A stretch of 64,000 bases of DNA from Raillietiella orientalis. Lineage: Eukaryota. The notes beneath the pieces are model-generated. The model had not been told where the DNA came from, did no database searches, and was given only the letters and a program-made list of their open reading frames with translations. The stretch lies in assembly GCA_036172245.1 (NCBI GenBank), contig JAYWIR010000060.1, forward strand, positions 62,001 to 126,000. Reading direction: 5' to 3'. The position numbers and the translations under genes were made by a program. Below are positions 23,991 through 39,300 of the stretch, in pieces (position 1 is the stretch's first letter; each line of letters opens with the position of its first letter).

Positions 23991-26900
23991 GAAGCTGCTG
24001 CAAATTTGACTGCCAATGTTGTCAGCAGCGGTCCAGTCATCCATTCGAGGGGTCCCTGCTGGTCCGAGACCACAGCACGAGAGACGAACTCTCTGTCCTG
24101 CACGAAGCCTCCATTTTCTGACACAGACTCTAACCAATCCGGAAGTGCTGCGGAACCTCCAGGAGTCGAGTCACGTGCAGGGAATGGACTGCGAGATGGC
24201 CATTTCCGGAGCGGTCGGCCCGAGCCCTGCGGTAAAATGGAAACGAACTTCTCCAAGGACGTTCCGAGCGACGCGGCGCACGCATCGAACACGCAAATCA
24301 CGGGCGTGCCAACGTGCAGCGGCGTTTCTTTCCCTTCTGAAGGAAGCGCGCGTGTCCCTACCGACAAGGAGTCGCGAGAAGACAAAAGCAACTGTGCAGC
24401 AAGAAACGAAGACTGCGGCCGCAAATCCCATCCCCGAGCTGCGAAAGCAAAACGACCCCCCCCCCCGCCGTATCGGCAGCAGCACTGTCAGCCCAGGAGA
24501 AAGATGCTTTTGCATGGCTGCGCGTGCACTGAAGCAACACCAAAGCAACTGCTTCTTCGTATCCCGGGACAACGGCAGGCGAGTCGGTTGAAGGACGCAT
24601 GGCATTTCGGTGAAACTTGATCAGCCGAAAGCAATTGCCAGAAGTGGAAATGGGTTGGATAAAGTTCTTTGGCACGATGAGCCAAGCTGCGGATTTCTCG
24701 TGGCAACGGAGGCAAATTGTTCCATCCGTGGAAAGGCGGAAGCGCCACAAAGTAAGGGCGAAAGTGATGGGAAACGCTGCGGCACGTTGCAGCGGCATTT
24801 CCGGGTACGAAGTGCTTTCACGATGGGCGGCCCCTCCGTGTTGCGGAAGGAACGCACCCCGCGTGCACCATGCGTGCCCATCGCAGCAACTTTCTTTCCC
24901 CGTGTCAGGCGGAGCTGCTCGTCGAAAATGAAAGCGGTAGGAGACGAGGCATTGGGGTAGAGAACGGACGGCCCTGACGCCGGTCCGGTCCTCAGACTAC
25001 TCTTCCCGGACGGCGACTCTCCATTTCGGAGTGGTCTTCCCGAACAGCGCGGCCAACTCACTTCCCGAATTCCAGGCAGCGCTTCCTGCGCACCCGCTTT
25101 CCTGCCACCGACGTTGTACTTCTGCGACCGCGAGGGCTGCTCACACAACGTTCCGCTGCTTTTCCATCCTCCCTTCCAGCAGACTTGCGAGCTGCCGAAG
25201 AAAGTCGAACGCACTTCTGGCGCGTTAGACAAAAAGGAGGCACAGCGCTGTCGCGCTTTGCACGCTTTGTGCGCGCCCTCGCGAAGAAACGGTTGCCGCT
25301 TAGCCGTAATACCGAAAGGAAGGCTTCCGTGTGGACGAGACCACTGCAAAGCACTGCGCTCCATGCATTCCGAGCGGTTGCACAAGGAGACGTGGAGAAT
25401 GGAGCTGAGCGTAGCAGCGCCTCCGAAATTGCAGTGTCTGGCGCTGCAAAAGAAGCGCCACCCCACTTTGGTCTTCGCCCGCCGGGTGCGCATCCCTCCG
25501 ACGCTGGAAGACGCGGTCGCCGTCATTTCCTGCACTTCCTCCACGATTCGCTGAGTGCGCGTCGTCGTCCGCACGCATTTCGCTCGCGCGCGCAGCAAAG
25601 CTCGTCGCCCGCGCCGCACTGCACGCCGTCGCCGGAAGAGTGCTTCGTGCCCGTCGTGAATTCGCAGTTGGCCGCGCCAGCGATGGCACCGTTGTTGTGC
25701 TGCGAAAGGAAAGCCTTCTTCTGCGAGAGGACGTGCAAAGTTGGCGCGAAGGGAGAGCGGACGGCGTGGTCCTGCTGAACCTTGGCGCGTCTTCTCCAGG
25801 TTCGGGAAACGGGTAGGTCGCCCCAGAACTGCTATCCCTCGATGCGACGGGTGCGCGCCTCGCTAAACAGCCACGAGAGCGTAAGAGGAGATGACCGGGT
25901 CCACAGGGCGCATCCACGTTCCGCGTCCACGCTCGTGCGTCGAGCGACGCTGACGTCTGTGTCGACACTGACTGACCCACGCAAGTGCAAGCTCACCCGC
26001 GTACACTCTTCCGCACGACACCTTCGAAGCACGGCGAGCGCGGATCGCCGCCCACGGCGCTGTCCTCCGTACCACGTCTGCACGTCTTCCGGTGGAGCAG
26101 CGCGAGCGGAAGAAGGCAGCGGCCTTCCAGCTGCCCCACCCTCCGCATTCGCTGGTAAATGCACCGTGTGGGGCTGTTCTTTCGTCGTCCCATCTGCTGA
26201 CGGTCGCATCCAAATGCCACGGCGACCGTCAGCGGATGCTGCAATGCGTGAGGTCAGCAGCCTCCCTGCCTGGAGGGCGCTTCCTTTGGCAGGCGAAACC
26301 GTGCCAAAGTGAGAGGGAAGGTCGTCTTCGTCGAAGGCTACTCGCGAGCAGTGCGTGCCAACGACTACGAGTTTTCGCACGCGCGCTTCGGTCGCCCTCG
26401 AAGACGGAAGGAACGAAAGGGCAGCCGCGAAGGAAAGCAGCAAAAGCCGCCCGCGCAAAGGGGCCGAAATCGCTTTCGCCTGCTGGCAGCAAAAGACGCC
26501 TCCATCTTTTCCCGCACTTCCTGCCACCTAAGCAACGGGACGGAAGTCCGAGTGCTTCCTGGAGCTTCGGTTGCCCTCAGGCAACGGCGCGGTTGCTGTT
26601 CTCCCGCGTGCACGGGGTCACGGCCATTCGCAGAGGCGGTGCTCCCTGGCCCCCCTGCACGTGGACGCCACGTTTGACCTCCCTCACCCCCCGCCCCCGT
26701 CCTTGGCTCTTTGAAATGAGAATCGCGGAACGCACAGCATGGTCAGGATGGTTGGTCAGCGTGCTTCCGGTGTCAAGCGCGGTCGCCAGGACGAATCGTC
26801 CGACCTTATGATCGTATGCACGCCTTCTGACGAACACGAACACTCGACGGAAGTGAACACTCGGACGCGCGTCGTGTTGGCGCACTTTGAGCAAGCGTCG

Positions 26901-27116
26901 ACGTTGCTGCGCGCCGACGAAGCCCTGCGGCGCGGCCCGGAGTTTCGACGTTGCCGGGTTACGCCCGGGAAGGCCGTCTCCCCCGGCGAAAGCCCCCGTT
27001 TCCCAGTGTGCCCAAGTGTTGCCCCGCGTCGGGCGTGGTGGGTGGACGGGCAGGGGTGGTCGGAATGGGATGGTGAAATTGTACTGTAATCCGTTCGTGC
27101 CACGCTGCGTCTCTAA

Positions 27117-27636
<520 letters not shown>

Positions 27637-29171
27637 ACTGCATGGATGTTCATGCATGGATAGCAGTGTAGTGTTTAGGTTTTGGATGAAAGGTAAGATC
27701 ACTTCTCATGTGTTGAATGATAGACCCGTTCTCGTGACACATTTCATCATTTGTTGCAGTAGGAGTGTTTCTTTCGGTGGTGAATGATGTTGTTCCAGCG
27801 TGTGGTAACAAGACTCTAGATGATTTGGTGCAAAGGTCACGTCATACATTCAAGTGGATTATGCTGTTGCATCGCTTGGATATATGTAGTGTTTGCATTT
27901 TCCATTGTGCTTCAGGATACTGGCAAATGTACTTATGGAATGTTTCCTTTAGCAGGCCTTGGGATTTCCGGTGCTGTTGTGAAAACAGAAACCTGCAGTG
28001 CATTGTCAGGAGTTCTTTGATGGGATAGCGTTCATCAGATTAGAGTCCCCTACTTTTACCTTTTGTGACAATTGTGGTAGGAAAACCCGTGATGAGCTGT
28101 GTCAGAGTTTCACGTGCATTTCATTCTGCAATTGACTTGAATTCATGTTGGAAAAAGAGCTGACCTGGTGAAGACAAAGAGTGGAGTGAGGTTAGGGTTT
28201 TCTTCTGTTGCACATGCGTTTTGTGGAATTCTTTTTTCCTTCATCTGGTTGCCACTTTTGTGACTCCAGGCTTTGAGTGTGGAAAGGAATGTAGGAAGTC
28301 ACAACTGATTTGCAGTTGTGACTTTTGGTTTCTTGATGTACCGCCTTGTCAAGGTTGTTTGTGGGTTGAAGTTGGTTGCAAACGCAAAGCAAGTCGACCC
28401 TATTGAGCTTTGGCTTCACAGCTGAAACTGGTATGGAATGCTTCCGTGCTGCTGATAAGGAGGGTGTGACAGCATCCGGAAGAGTATTCTTGTTTTCCTA
28501 AGCAGGCAATCCTTGTGCCAGTGCATGCTTGGTGGACACAGATGTGAACAGCTGAGTTGTTGAACTTACATGGGAAATTCAGTGAAACTCATGTGAGATC
28601 ACGTTGGAAAGAATTTGCTGTATATTGTTCTTGAAAGGCTTTTTGAAACTTGTTGGGCAACTGAGGTATATGTTCGTGTATTCTTGTTTTGCAAAGAGGC
28701 AGAAAGGAAGCATTGGAGAAGTACTCAGTCCATTAGTGCAGGGAATTATGCCATGAAAAGTGTACAAAGCAATTTGTTGTCGTGGAGGGAGAAATTCAAA
28801 TCTTACTCTGTATGGTCATCAGTAATCATTTGTGCTTTCTGTGTTCTTAGTCCCAAAGCATGTTTTGTTATCACAGTGTCTTCACGAGGTTTTCACATAA
28901 TCATAGCTTTTATGGGTACTAATTTTCCTTTTGATCATATTTTAGAATGGGATTCGTGTTGCATGCAGGCATCATGCAAAGATGGAAATGTTGTTACTTT
29001 TCTCATGAATGAATTGGGATGTGGCTTCTTTGTTGTTTCCATTTTGAGTGCTGTTGATGTAATTATACAGGAAGTTCGAAACTGGACCAGCTGCTCATAT
29101 ACAGTGTGCTACCTGTGTTTCCCTAATCTATGAAGGAAAGTGTGTGACCGCCTGGTTCCAGCATTGTTTGA

Positions 29172-29177
29172 AATAAA
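29172..29177 (+). terminator. Candidate polyadenylation signal ending a long AT-rich NUDT2 3' UTR (mirror copy 34272-34277 on -)
   Basis: First AATAAA I found downstream of the NUDT2 stop, about 1.5 kb away. Confidence 0.4.
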
Positions 29178-31580
29178 GGATGGGAAGCACAAAGTATTTG
29201 TACACTGTCAACTGCTGCAGCGTAAGATGCAAAGAACATATTCAGAACCTCATAAAATACTCTAAGAACATGTTTTCTTTAACATTGGGATAATTTGAGA
29301 TGTCTCAGTACTTTCGTGGCATCTTTGCGAGTAACGTTGCCTTTGATAGTGGTTTTGTGCTCCTGGCTTTTTATCTGGGTGTACTGAAAGCTGATTAAGG
29401 ATTCTTGGGTTGTTAAGGTGCTATGTACCCTATTGTGACCAATCTTTTGGGATCATTGCTTGCAGTGCTAATCCCAGTGATTAAATCGCAAAACATGCAT
29501 ACTACTGGTGACTGTTGCATTTGGAAGGCAAAGTGGATCAGTTTCAGGTAACCAAATTCGAAAGAGCCCTTGGCAGAAAATGTTCCCACTGTGTGCCCCC
29601 ACGTATTTCAAGCAAGGGGCGTGGTTCGCATGCAGTGGGTTTCGGGGAGAGAAATGCGAAAAGATGGGTTCCGAACGCAGACGCAGCGCAATGTCCCGTA
29701 AATCATATTTCCTGGATCTCTTTCGACCTTAATCTTCTGTTTGAACGCCCTTAACCGATGCCTTTTCGGCCGATGTCATCGCAAAGGTGGCTCGACGGCC
29801 GTTTCTGATGGAAAGGCACCGCTGATGCCTACCTTGGCAGTGGACGGAGATCAGCGCGCTTGGGTTCTCTGGCTTGAACGTCAAGCCGTTTCCTGATTCT
29901 TGTTTCGCCGAGTTGAAGTTCGATGGTCTTCACCAAGTGCAACTCTTCTGCCCCTTCCAGAGGTTGGTTGTGCCCGCAGCTTCGCGAGCTGTTCTTTGCC
30001 AACCACGCGTCTACCCGTGCCGCGGCTCCATCATTCTGCGAACGTGGGGTGTGGCGCCTTCCGACTGCGGAAGGCTCACAACAGCGCGTTGTGCAGCAAT
30101 CGGACAGCCAACCGCCCCCTCAGCTGCGCTCGTGGACAGAGTCCAACCGTTGCCAGCAAACCACGTTTGGGAGGACGCGTTGAGGCACGAAGGGAGCTCC
30201 TTCCGACGCGAGATGTGGCATAACAACGCAGTTGCTTGCGGTTTTTCATGTTTCTTCGTATCCAATATGGACTGGTGCTTCTTTCGCTGGCGCTACCTTG
30301 TGACCCTTGGATCGCATCTCAAACGATGGAAGATGGCAAAGAGAGACACTCGTCGCCTTCGAGGACTGAAGTTCTCTCGTGCATCAAGTCGAAAATCAGG
30401 CTGCGATTTTTCGGAACTTTGTTTGGCAAAGTGATTCCTCTTCTGGGGCCGAATGCTACGGCGTTTTTCTCCCCTCACGATATGCACCGAGCACCAAAAT
30501 AACAAAGATGTACTCAGCAGAAACCCTCTGGCTGTATTTTGCATTTTTGATTCACGTGGGAGCCGTGGTCGCTGACGTCTTTCTAGCCAATGCTTGGTTA
30601 CCTCGTAGTGCTTCAACGTAAGCTGTCGGAACCTGAAGAAGGCGCCAAGTGATCGGAGACCCTTTGATGAACTGAGAGAAACGCCTGTGAAGGCCTGCCG
30701 AGTCGTGATTGTTCTCGAGGTGTTAAGGATGTGCTGAGCTCTGGTTCGAAAATGGCGCTGCTGCGATGGCACTGTTCGATTCTTCAGGCGTGCCAAGGGG
30801 GGCCGGAGCAGGAAAGAGTTCCTTTTCATTTCCATCGAGTACACTTCTACAGTTGTTCCATCAGGATTGCTTTTTCGATAGATGCTTCCCCGAATAAAGT
30901 GCAGTGTTTCGGCTTGTTCTGCATCGACGTTTGGAAGATTAGTCAGCAAAATGAGGTTCTCGAGTGGCATCACGCGTCCAGCGCCTAATCATGCCGGAAA
31001 GCGGAACGCTGCTCCACGCTGCAGTCCAGAAAGAAACAAAGGTCACTTTTATCAAAGGACACAGTGCGACTATGATGTCTGCCTTTGATGGTCTGACAAA
31101 AATACTCGAGCTCACTATCTACAAGAAGCAGTTGATGTGGCAGACGCTGTACGAAGATGTACAATAGTTGAGTTTACTCGAATTTGCGGTGCTTGGTGAT
31201 CTATTAACACAGAATAATAGTTCATGCCAAGGAAATGTTGTAGCCCTGGGCCAAGGTGTTTGACGGGTACCGTATAACACGTACGTGGTACCACCGTGCC
31301 ATTGCAGTAGTACATGCCGTAGATGTGGAACTATATGAAAATGACAGAGCAGGTTTTATCGTACAGGGCTGTATCACGCACCTATTAGGGGCTATGAAGG
31401 TGTGAACGAGGGGAGATGCTTCTGCAAGTAGGTCTAATGGAAGAAAAGGCGAATTGATCAGCTTTACAGTGACTATTCAATGGATAGTGAGATCATGTTC
31501 TTGCTCGTGGAACTTTTCTTAATTAATAATTCCAATCCAATTCTTTCATCAGGTTTGTTATATTTCTGTAAGTGCCACTC

Positions 31581-31604
31581 AAAAAAAAAAAAAAAAAAAA
31601 AAAA
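31581..31604 (+). repeat. Poly(A) tract (A24)
   Basis: 24 consecutive A in the palindrome spacer. Confidence 0.9.
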
Positions 31605-32532
31605 GGGAAAAAAATCGAGATGTTTTGCTCTGACAAAGTAAGAACTCTTGTTGCAATTTCCATTTGTTCAGCTGACACGAAAGTGACCTTTATCAAGTTT
31701 CTGCAACAGTCCGTTCTTCGAGCGTTTTCTGTGAATGGAAAACGGACAGCAAGTCAAGGAAGGAGCGAATCAGATGTTGGATCAGATTTAAATACGTCAT
31801 CCGGAGAATGTGCCACACCCTGAATTTTGCCTCAGAATGCAAGAACTGTGTGTATTCCTCTCGTCAACTTTGATGTTCACGGTCACTTTTAGATTTCCCG
31901 GTTTCTTCGTCCGTTGTGTGTGACTCGATGGAACTCAATCCATTCAATTCCATCCAACTCCATCCAAATTCTGACCCAAAGAAGGAAAAATGCTGGAATT
32001 TTGTGAAGCCTTCAAGAAATTTCAAGAGGCAATGCAGGCTCATTGCTGCTCATTGCTATCTCTGCGAAACGGGAAGAACTGTTTGGTACCATTCGCTTCC
32101 GTGCTGAAATTCTTTCTTTAAGGGAAAGAAAGCACTGAATTTATTGCATCTTAAAACATCCAACAGCTTCATGTAAGTACCTTCGTTTTAGCCAAATAAA
32201 AGCAATAAAAAGTCGTCGAAACGAAGCACAGAAAGAACATTTGCGTGATCTCCATGAGGAAAATGTAAACGCTCAGGTTCACTTCAAAAAAGTCAAAGTG
32301 TATTAGCAAGGCTGCTGTTCGGAACGTGTGCACCACCAGTAACCACAGTTGCAAGGTGAAGATACTCCAGAGGCAGAGTGTTCTGGCAGATGCACGCAAT
32401 CTCGTGGTCACATACCTGAGAGCCAACGCATCTTTGATATCTGATATCTCGATGCGAGCTCGTGCGAATGACGTCCGAAACGAAAGCATCGCCTTTCTTG
32501 CGTGGGCTCGCAAGTTTCGATTTGCCGTCCGT

Positions 32533-32657
32533 GAAGGTGGACGTCCCTCCTGAAGCGAGGTCATCGGGTACGGCGAAGATGGACGTCCCTCCTGAAGCGA
32601 GGTCATCGGGTACGGCGAAGATGGACGTCCCTCCTGAAGCGAGGTCATCGGGTACGG
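32533..32657. repeat. Minisatellite, 42-bp unit x3
   Basis: gaagatggacgtccctcctgaagcgaggtcatcgggtacggc at 32533, 32575 and 32617; units abut directly with no spacers. Confidence 0.95.
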
Positions 32658-35600
32658 GAATCCGATTTTCGAACGCCAATTTCGTGCGGGAAGCTCTGCG
32701 CGTGGGTTCGTTTTTCCGCTGCGGCTGACGCTGACCCGAAGAGGTCACTGCTGGCTGCGTGGGGCTCCTCGGTCTCGCGCTTTGTGCAGTTTCGAACTCG
32801 GCCGAATGGGCGCCTCGCGTGCCATTTTTGTGCCGCGCCCATTGTTGGCGGCGAAGAACTGCGGCCGCCGGCGCTTCCTGCGCCCCACGGATCGTCTCAG
32901 GAGCGCGTGCTCCTCCCAAGTGGGAGCCACCTGGATTCCCGATCGAGCCATTCCCGTCGGGTCGCGGGAGTTCGTTGGCGAAGCGCTGAGGTCGTCGGAA
33001 AGGTGCCTTCTGCAGCCAGGCGCTGCTTGGGTCCACCGACGACCCTCCGCAGAGGCTGCGGAAGACCTGCCAGCCAGGCGAAACACGCACACTGGGCAAA
33101 TGCAACTCGGTCGTCTATTATGAGATGAAGGGAGGAGCTGCCCGAAATCTCATGCTAAAAAACATGAAAACCGCGCATCCCTGCGGCATGCATCCGAATC
33201 ATCCGAGGAAGGCAGCAGCACGGCAACATAAGAAAACGAACTTATCGAACACGAGATGAGAGGGAGGCTGGAGCAATTAAAGAACCACTGTGGGTGCGAA
33301 GAGCCCCTTGTGAAGCATTCATGCAGGGCCGTTTCGAATGTGGGTGCATCTTCATTTCCTCGTTTTGCCTCAGCTTCCATCAGTTCAACAAACATGCGGA
33401 TGGCATCGTATCCCACCACCGCTGACCGAGCGTGTGGGCGTGAAGTCCGAAATGGGCCAATATGGGGGCCCTCACTCTTAGCAGCGGTCGAAGGGAAGTG
33501 AGGAAAAGAACAGGAGGTTGCCAAATGCGAGCGTCATATAACAAAGCGGGTTTGGTACGATAGTGTACATATTCTGACATTGGAAACACCAGGAAAGCAA
33601 AGACGCGTCACCGAATTGTCCACACAGTCACGGTCTCCTGGAAAATCGTGAAAGAAAAGCCATTCGTCCTGTGGCAACGATGGACTAAATTCATGAAATC
33701 CACACATCCCCCAGACCATGAAATGACATACCAGCCTGCTCTCCTACATAAGCGTGAAATCCGTTGCATCTCAGATACATTTCCCTGTGCGTAGACATTG
33801 CAACACACAGCAACAGTAGAAGCTCCACCACGCAACCGGAGGTTAGCCAAAGTATAAGAAACGATTCGAAAAAAGCACCAACACTAATGGACAAACATTT
33901 TCTTGGTCATTAATGCTACTCTCGAAGGGCGCTGTAAACGATTAGAAATGTACAAATATTTTTCATTTTCTATAATCTTATTCAATACGAAGAAACATCC
34001 GTAAGCAACTGCGTTCTTATGCCACAAGCACCTTAACAACCCAAGAATCCTTAATCAGCTTTCAGTACACCCAGATAAAAAGCCAGGAGCACAAAACCAC
34101 TATCAAAGGCAACGTTACTCGAAAAGATGCCACGAAAGTACTGAGACATCTCAAATTATCCCAATGTTAAAGAAAACATGTTCTTAGAGTATTTTATGAG
34201 GTTCTGAATATGTTCTTTGCATCTTACGCTGCAGCAGTTGACAGTGTACAAATACTTTGTGCTTCCCATCCTTTATTTCAAACAATGCTGGAACCAGGCG
34301 GTCACACACTTTCCTTCATAGATTAGGGAAACACAGGTAGCACACTGTATATGAGCAGCTGGTCCAGTTTCGAACTTCCTGTATAATTACATCAACAGCA
34401 CTCAAAATGGAAACAACAAAGAAGCCACATCCCAATTCATTCATGAGAAAAGTAACAACATTTCCATCTTTGCATGATGCCTGCATGCAACACGAATCCC
34501 ATTCTAAAATATGATCAAAAGGAAAATTAGTACCCATAAAAGCTATGATTATGTGAAAACCTCGTGAAGACACTGTGATAACAAAACATGCTTTGGGACT
34601 AAGAACACAGAAAGCACAAATGATTACTGATGACCATACAGAGTAAGATTTGAATTTCTCCCTCCACGACAACAAATTGCTTTGTACACTTTTCATGGCA
34701 TAATTCCCTGCACTAATGGACTGAGTACTTCTCCAATGCTTCCTTTCTGCCTCTTTGCAAAACAAGAATACACGAACATATACCTCAGTTGCCCAACAAG
34801 TTTCAAAAAGCCTTTCAAGAACAATATACAGCAAATTCTTTCCAACGTGATCTCACATGAGTTTCACTGAATTTCCCATGTAAGTTCAACAACTCAGCTG
34901 TTCACATCTGTGTCCACCAAGCATGCACTGGCACAAGGATTGCCTGCTTAGGAAAACAAGAATACTCTTCCGGATGCTGTCACACCCTCCTTATCAGCAG
35001 CACGGAAGCATTCCATACCAGTTTCAGCTGTGAAGCCAAAGCTCAATAGGGTCGACTTGCTTTGCGTTTGCAACCAACTTCAACCCACAAACAACCTTGA
35101 CAAGGCGGTACATCAAGAAACCAAAAGTCACAACTGCAAATCAGTTGTGACTTCCTACATTCCTTTCCACACTCAAAGCCTGGAGTCACAAAAGTGGCAA
35201 CCAGATGAAAGAAAAAAGAATTCCACAAAACGCATGTGCAACAGAAGAAAACCCTAACCTCACTCCACTCTTTGTCTTCACCAGGTCAGCTCTTTTTCCA
35301 ACATGAATTCAAGTCAATTGCAGAATGAAATGCACGTGAAACTCTGACACAGCTCATCACGGGTTTTCCTACCACAATTGTCACAAAAGGTAAAAGTAGG
35401 GGACTCTAATCTGATGAACGCTATCCCATCAAAGAACTCCTGACAATGCACTGCAGGTTTCTGTTTTCACAACAGCACCGGAAATCCCAAGGCCTGCTAA
35501 AGGAAACATTCCATAAGTACATTTGCCAGTATCCTGAAGCACAATGGAAAATGCAAACACTACATATATCCAAGCGATGCAACAGCATAATCCACTTGAA

Positions 35601-35812
35601 TGTATGACGTGACCTTTGCACCAAATCATCTAGAGTCTTGTTACCACACGCTGGAACAACATCATTCACCACCGAAAGAAACACTCCTACTGCAACAAAT
35701 GATGAAATGTGTCACGAGAACGGGTCTATCATTCAACACATGAGAAGTGATCTTACCTTTCATCCAAAACCTAAACACTACACTGCTATCCATGCATGAA
35801 CATCCATGCAGT

Positions 35813-36332
<520 letters not shown>

Positions 36333-39300
36333 TTAGAGACGCAGCGTGGCACGAACGGATTACAGTACAATTTCACCATCCCATTCCGACCACCCCTGCC
36401 CGTCCACCCACCACGCCCGACGCGGGGCAACACTTGGGCACACTGGGAAACGGGGGCTTTCGCCGGGGGAGACGGCCTTCCCGGGCGTAACCCGGCAACG
36501 TCGAAACTCCGGGCCGCGCCGCAGGGCTTCGTCGGCGCGCAGCAACGTCGACGCTTGCTCAAAGTGCGCCAACACGACGCGCGTCCGAGTGTTCACTTCC
36601 GTCGAGTGTTCGTGTTCGTCAGAAGGCGTGCATACGATCATAAGGTCGGACGATTCGTCCTGGCGACCGCGCTTGACACCGGAAGCACGCTGACCAACCA
36701 TCCTGACCATGCTGTGCGTTCCGCGATTCTCATTTCAAAGAGCCAAGGAAGGGGGCGGGGGGTGAGGGAGGTCAAACGTGGCGTCCACGTGCAGGGGGGC
36801 CAGGGAGCACCGCCTCTGCGAATGGCCGTGACCCCGTGCACGCGGGAGAACAGCAACCGCGCCGTTGCCTGAGGGCAACCGAAGCTCCAGGAAGCACTCG
36901 GACTTCCGTCCCGTTGCTTAGGTGGCAGGAAGTGCGGGAAAAGATGGAGGCGTCTTTTGCTGCCAGCAGGCGAAAGCGATTTCGGCCCCTTTGCGCGGGC
37001 GGCTTTTGCTGCTTTCCTTCGCGGCTGCCCTTTCGTTCCTTCCGTCTTCGAGGGCGACCGAAGCGCGCGTGCGAAAACTCGTAGTCGTTGGCACGCACTG
37101 CTCGCGAGTAGCCTTCGACGAAGACGACCTTCCCTCTCACTTTGGCACGGTTTCGCCTGCCAAAGGAAGCGCCCTCCAGGCAGGGAGGCTGCTGACCTCA
37201 CGCATTGCAGCATCCGCTGACGGTCGCCGTGGCATTTGGATGCGACCGTCAGCAGATGGGACGACGAAAGAACAGCCCCACACGGTGCATTTACCAGCGA
37301 ATGCGGAGGGTGGGGCAGCTGGAAGGCCGCTGCCTTCTTCCGCTCGCGCTGCTCCACCGGAAGACGTGCAGACGTGGTACGGAGGACAGCGCCGTGGGCG
37401 GCGATCCGCGCTCGCCGTGCTTCGAAGGTGTCGTGCGGAAGAGTGTACGCGGGTGAGCTTGCACTTGCGTGGGTCAGTCAGTGTCGACACAGACGTCAGC
37501 GTCGCTCGACGCACGAGCGTGGACGCGGAACGTGGATGCGCCCTGTGGACCCGGTCATCTCCTCGTACGCTCTCGTGGCTGTTTAGCGAGGCGCGCACCC
37601 GTCGCATCGAGGGATAGCAGTTCTGGGGCGACCTACCCGTTTCCCGAACCTGGAGAAGACGCGCCAAGGTTCAGCAGGACCACGCCGTCCGCTCTCCCTT
37701 CGCGCCAACTTTGCACGTCCTCTCGCAGAAGAAGGCTTTCCTTTCGCAGCACAACAACGGTGCCATCGCTGGCGCGGCCAACTGCGAATTCACGACGGGC
37801 ACGAAGCACTCTTCCGGCGACGGCGTGCAGTGCGGCGCGGGCGACGAGCTTTGCTGCGCGCGCGAGCGAAATGCGTGCGGACGACGACGCGCACTCAGCG
37901 AATCGTGGAGGAAGTGCAGGAAATGACGGCGACCGCGTCTTCCAGCGTCGGAGGGATGCGCACCCGGCGGGCGAAGACCAAAGTGGGGTGGCGCTTCTTT
38001 TGCAGCGCCAGACACTGCAATTTCGGAGGCGCTGCTACGCTCAGCTCCATTCTCCACGTCTCCTTGTGCAACCGCTCGGAATGCATGGAGCGCAGTGCTT
38101 TGCAGTGGTCTCGTCCACACGGAAGCCCTCCTTTCGGTATTACGGCTAAGCGGCAACCGTTTCTTCGCGAGGGCGCGCACAAAGCGTGCAAAGCGCGACA
38201 GCGCTGTGCCTCCTTTTTGTCTAACGCGCCAGAAGTGCGTTCGACTTTCTTCGGCAGCTCGCAAGTCTGCTGGAAGGGCGGATGGAAAAGCAGCGGAACG
38301 TTGTGTGAGCAGCCCTCGCGGTCGCAGAAGTACAACGTCGGTGGCAGGAAAGCGGGTGCGCAGGAAGCGCTGCCTGGAATTCGGGAAGTGAGTTGGCCGC
38401 GCTGTTCGGGAAGACCACTCCGAAATGGAGAGTCGCCGTCCGGGAAGAGTAGGCTGAGGACCGGACCGGCGTCAGGGCCGTCCGTTCTCTACCCCAATGC
38501 CTCGTCTCCTACCGCTTTCATTTTCGACGAGCAGCTCCGCCTGACACGGGGAAAGAAAGTTGCTGCGATGGGCACGCATGGTGCACGCGGGGTGCGTTCC
38601 TTCCGCAACACGGAGGGGCCGCCCATCGTGAAAGCACTTCGTACCCGGAAATGCCGCTGCAACGTGCCGCAGCGTTTCCCATCACTTTCGCCCTTACTTT
38701 GTGGCGCTTCCGCCTTTCCACGGATGGAACAATTTGCCTCCGTTGCCACGAGAAATCCGCAGCTTGGCTCATCGTGCCAAAGAACTTTATCCAACCCATT
38801 TCCACTTCTGGCAATTGCTTTCGGCTGATCAAGTTTCACCGAAATGCCATGCGTCCTTCAACCGACTCGCCTGCCGTTGTCCCGGGATACGAAGAAGCAG
38901 TTGCTTTGGTGTTGCTTCAGTGCACGCGCAGCCATGCAAAAGCATCTTTCTCCTGGGCTGACAGTGCTGCTGCCGATACGGCGGGGGGGGGGCGTTTTGC
39001 TTTCGCAGCTCGGGGATGGGATTTGCGGCCGCAGTCTTCGTTTCTTGCTGCACAGTTGCTTTTGTCTTCTCGCGACTCCTTGTCGGTAGGGACACGCGCG
39101 CTTCCTACAGAAGGGAAAGAAACGCCGCTGCACGTTGGCACGCCCGTGATTTGCGTGTTCGATGCGTGCGCCGCGTCGCTCGGAACGTCCTTGGAGAAGT
39201 TCGTTTCCATTTTACCGCAGGGCTCGGGCCGACCGCTCCGGAAATGGCCATCTCGCAGTCCAGTCCCTGCACGTGACTCGACTCCTGGAGGTTCCGCAGC

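Noticed and set aside
28615..29133. 172-aa hydrophobic ORF and its mirror 34316..34834
   Set aside because: Non-ATG start in T-rich sequence that is probably NUDT2 3' UTR; its conservation only reflects the palindrome.
32533..32657. 42-bp repeats as a CRISPR array
   Set aside because: Units abut with no unique spacers, no cas genes, eukaryotic context.
36922..38149. Possible secreted or Ly6-like gene head-to-head with NUDT2 (mirror 25300-26527)
   Set aside because: A hydrophobic stretch and FFCSARHCN are suggestive, but I could not build a phase-consistent exon chain.
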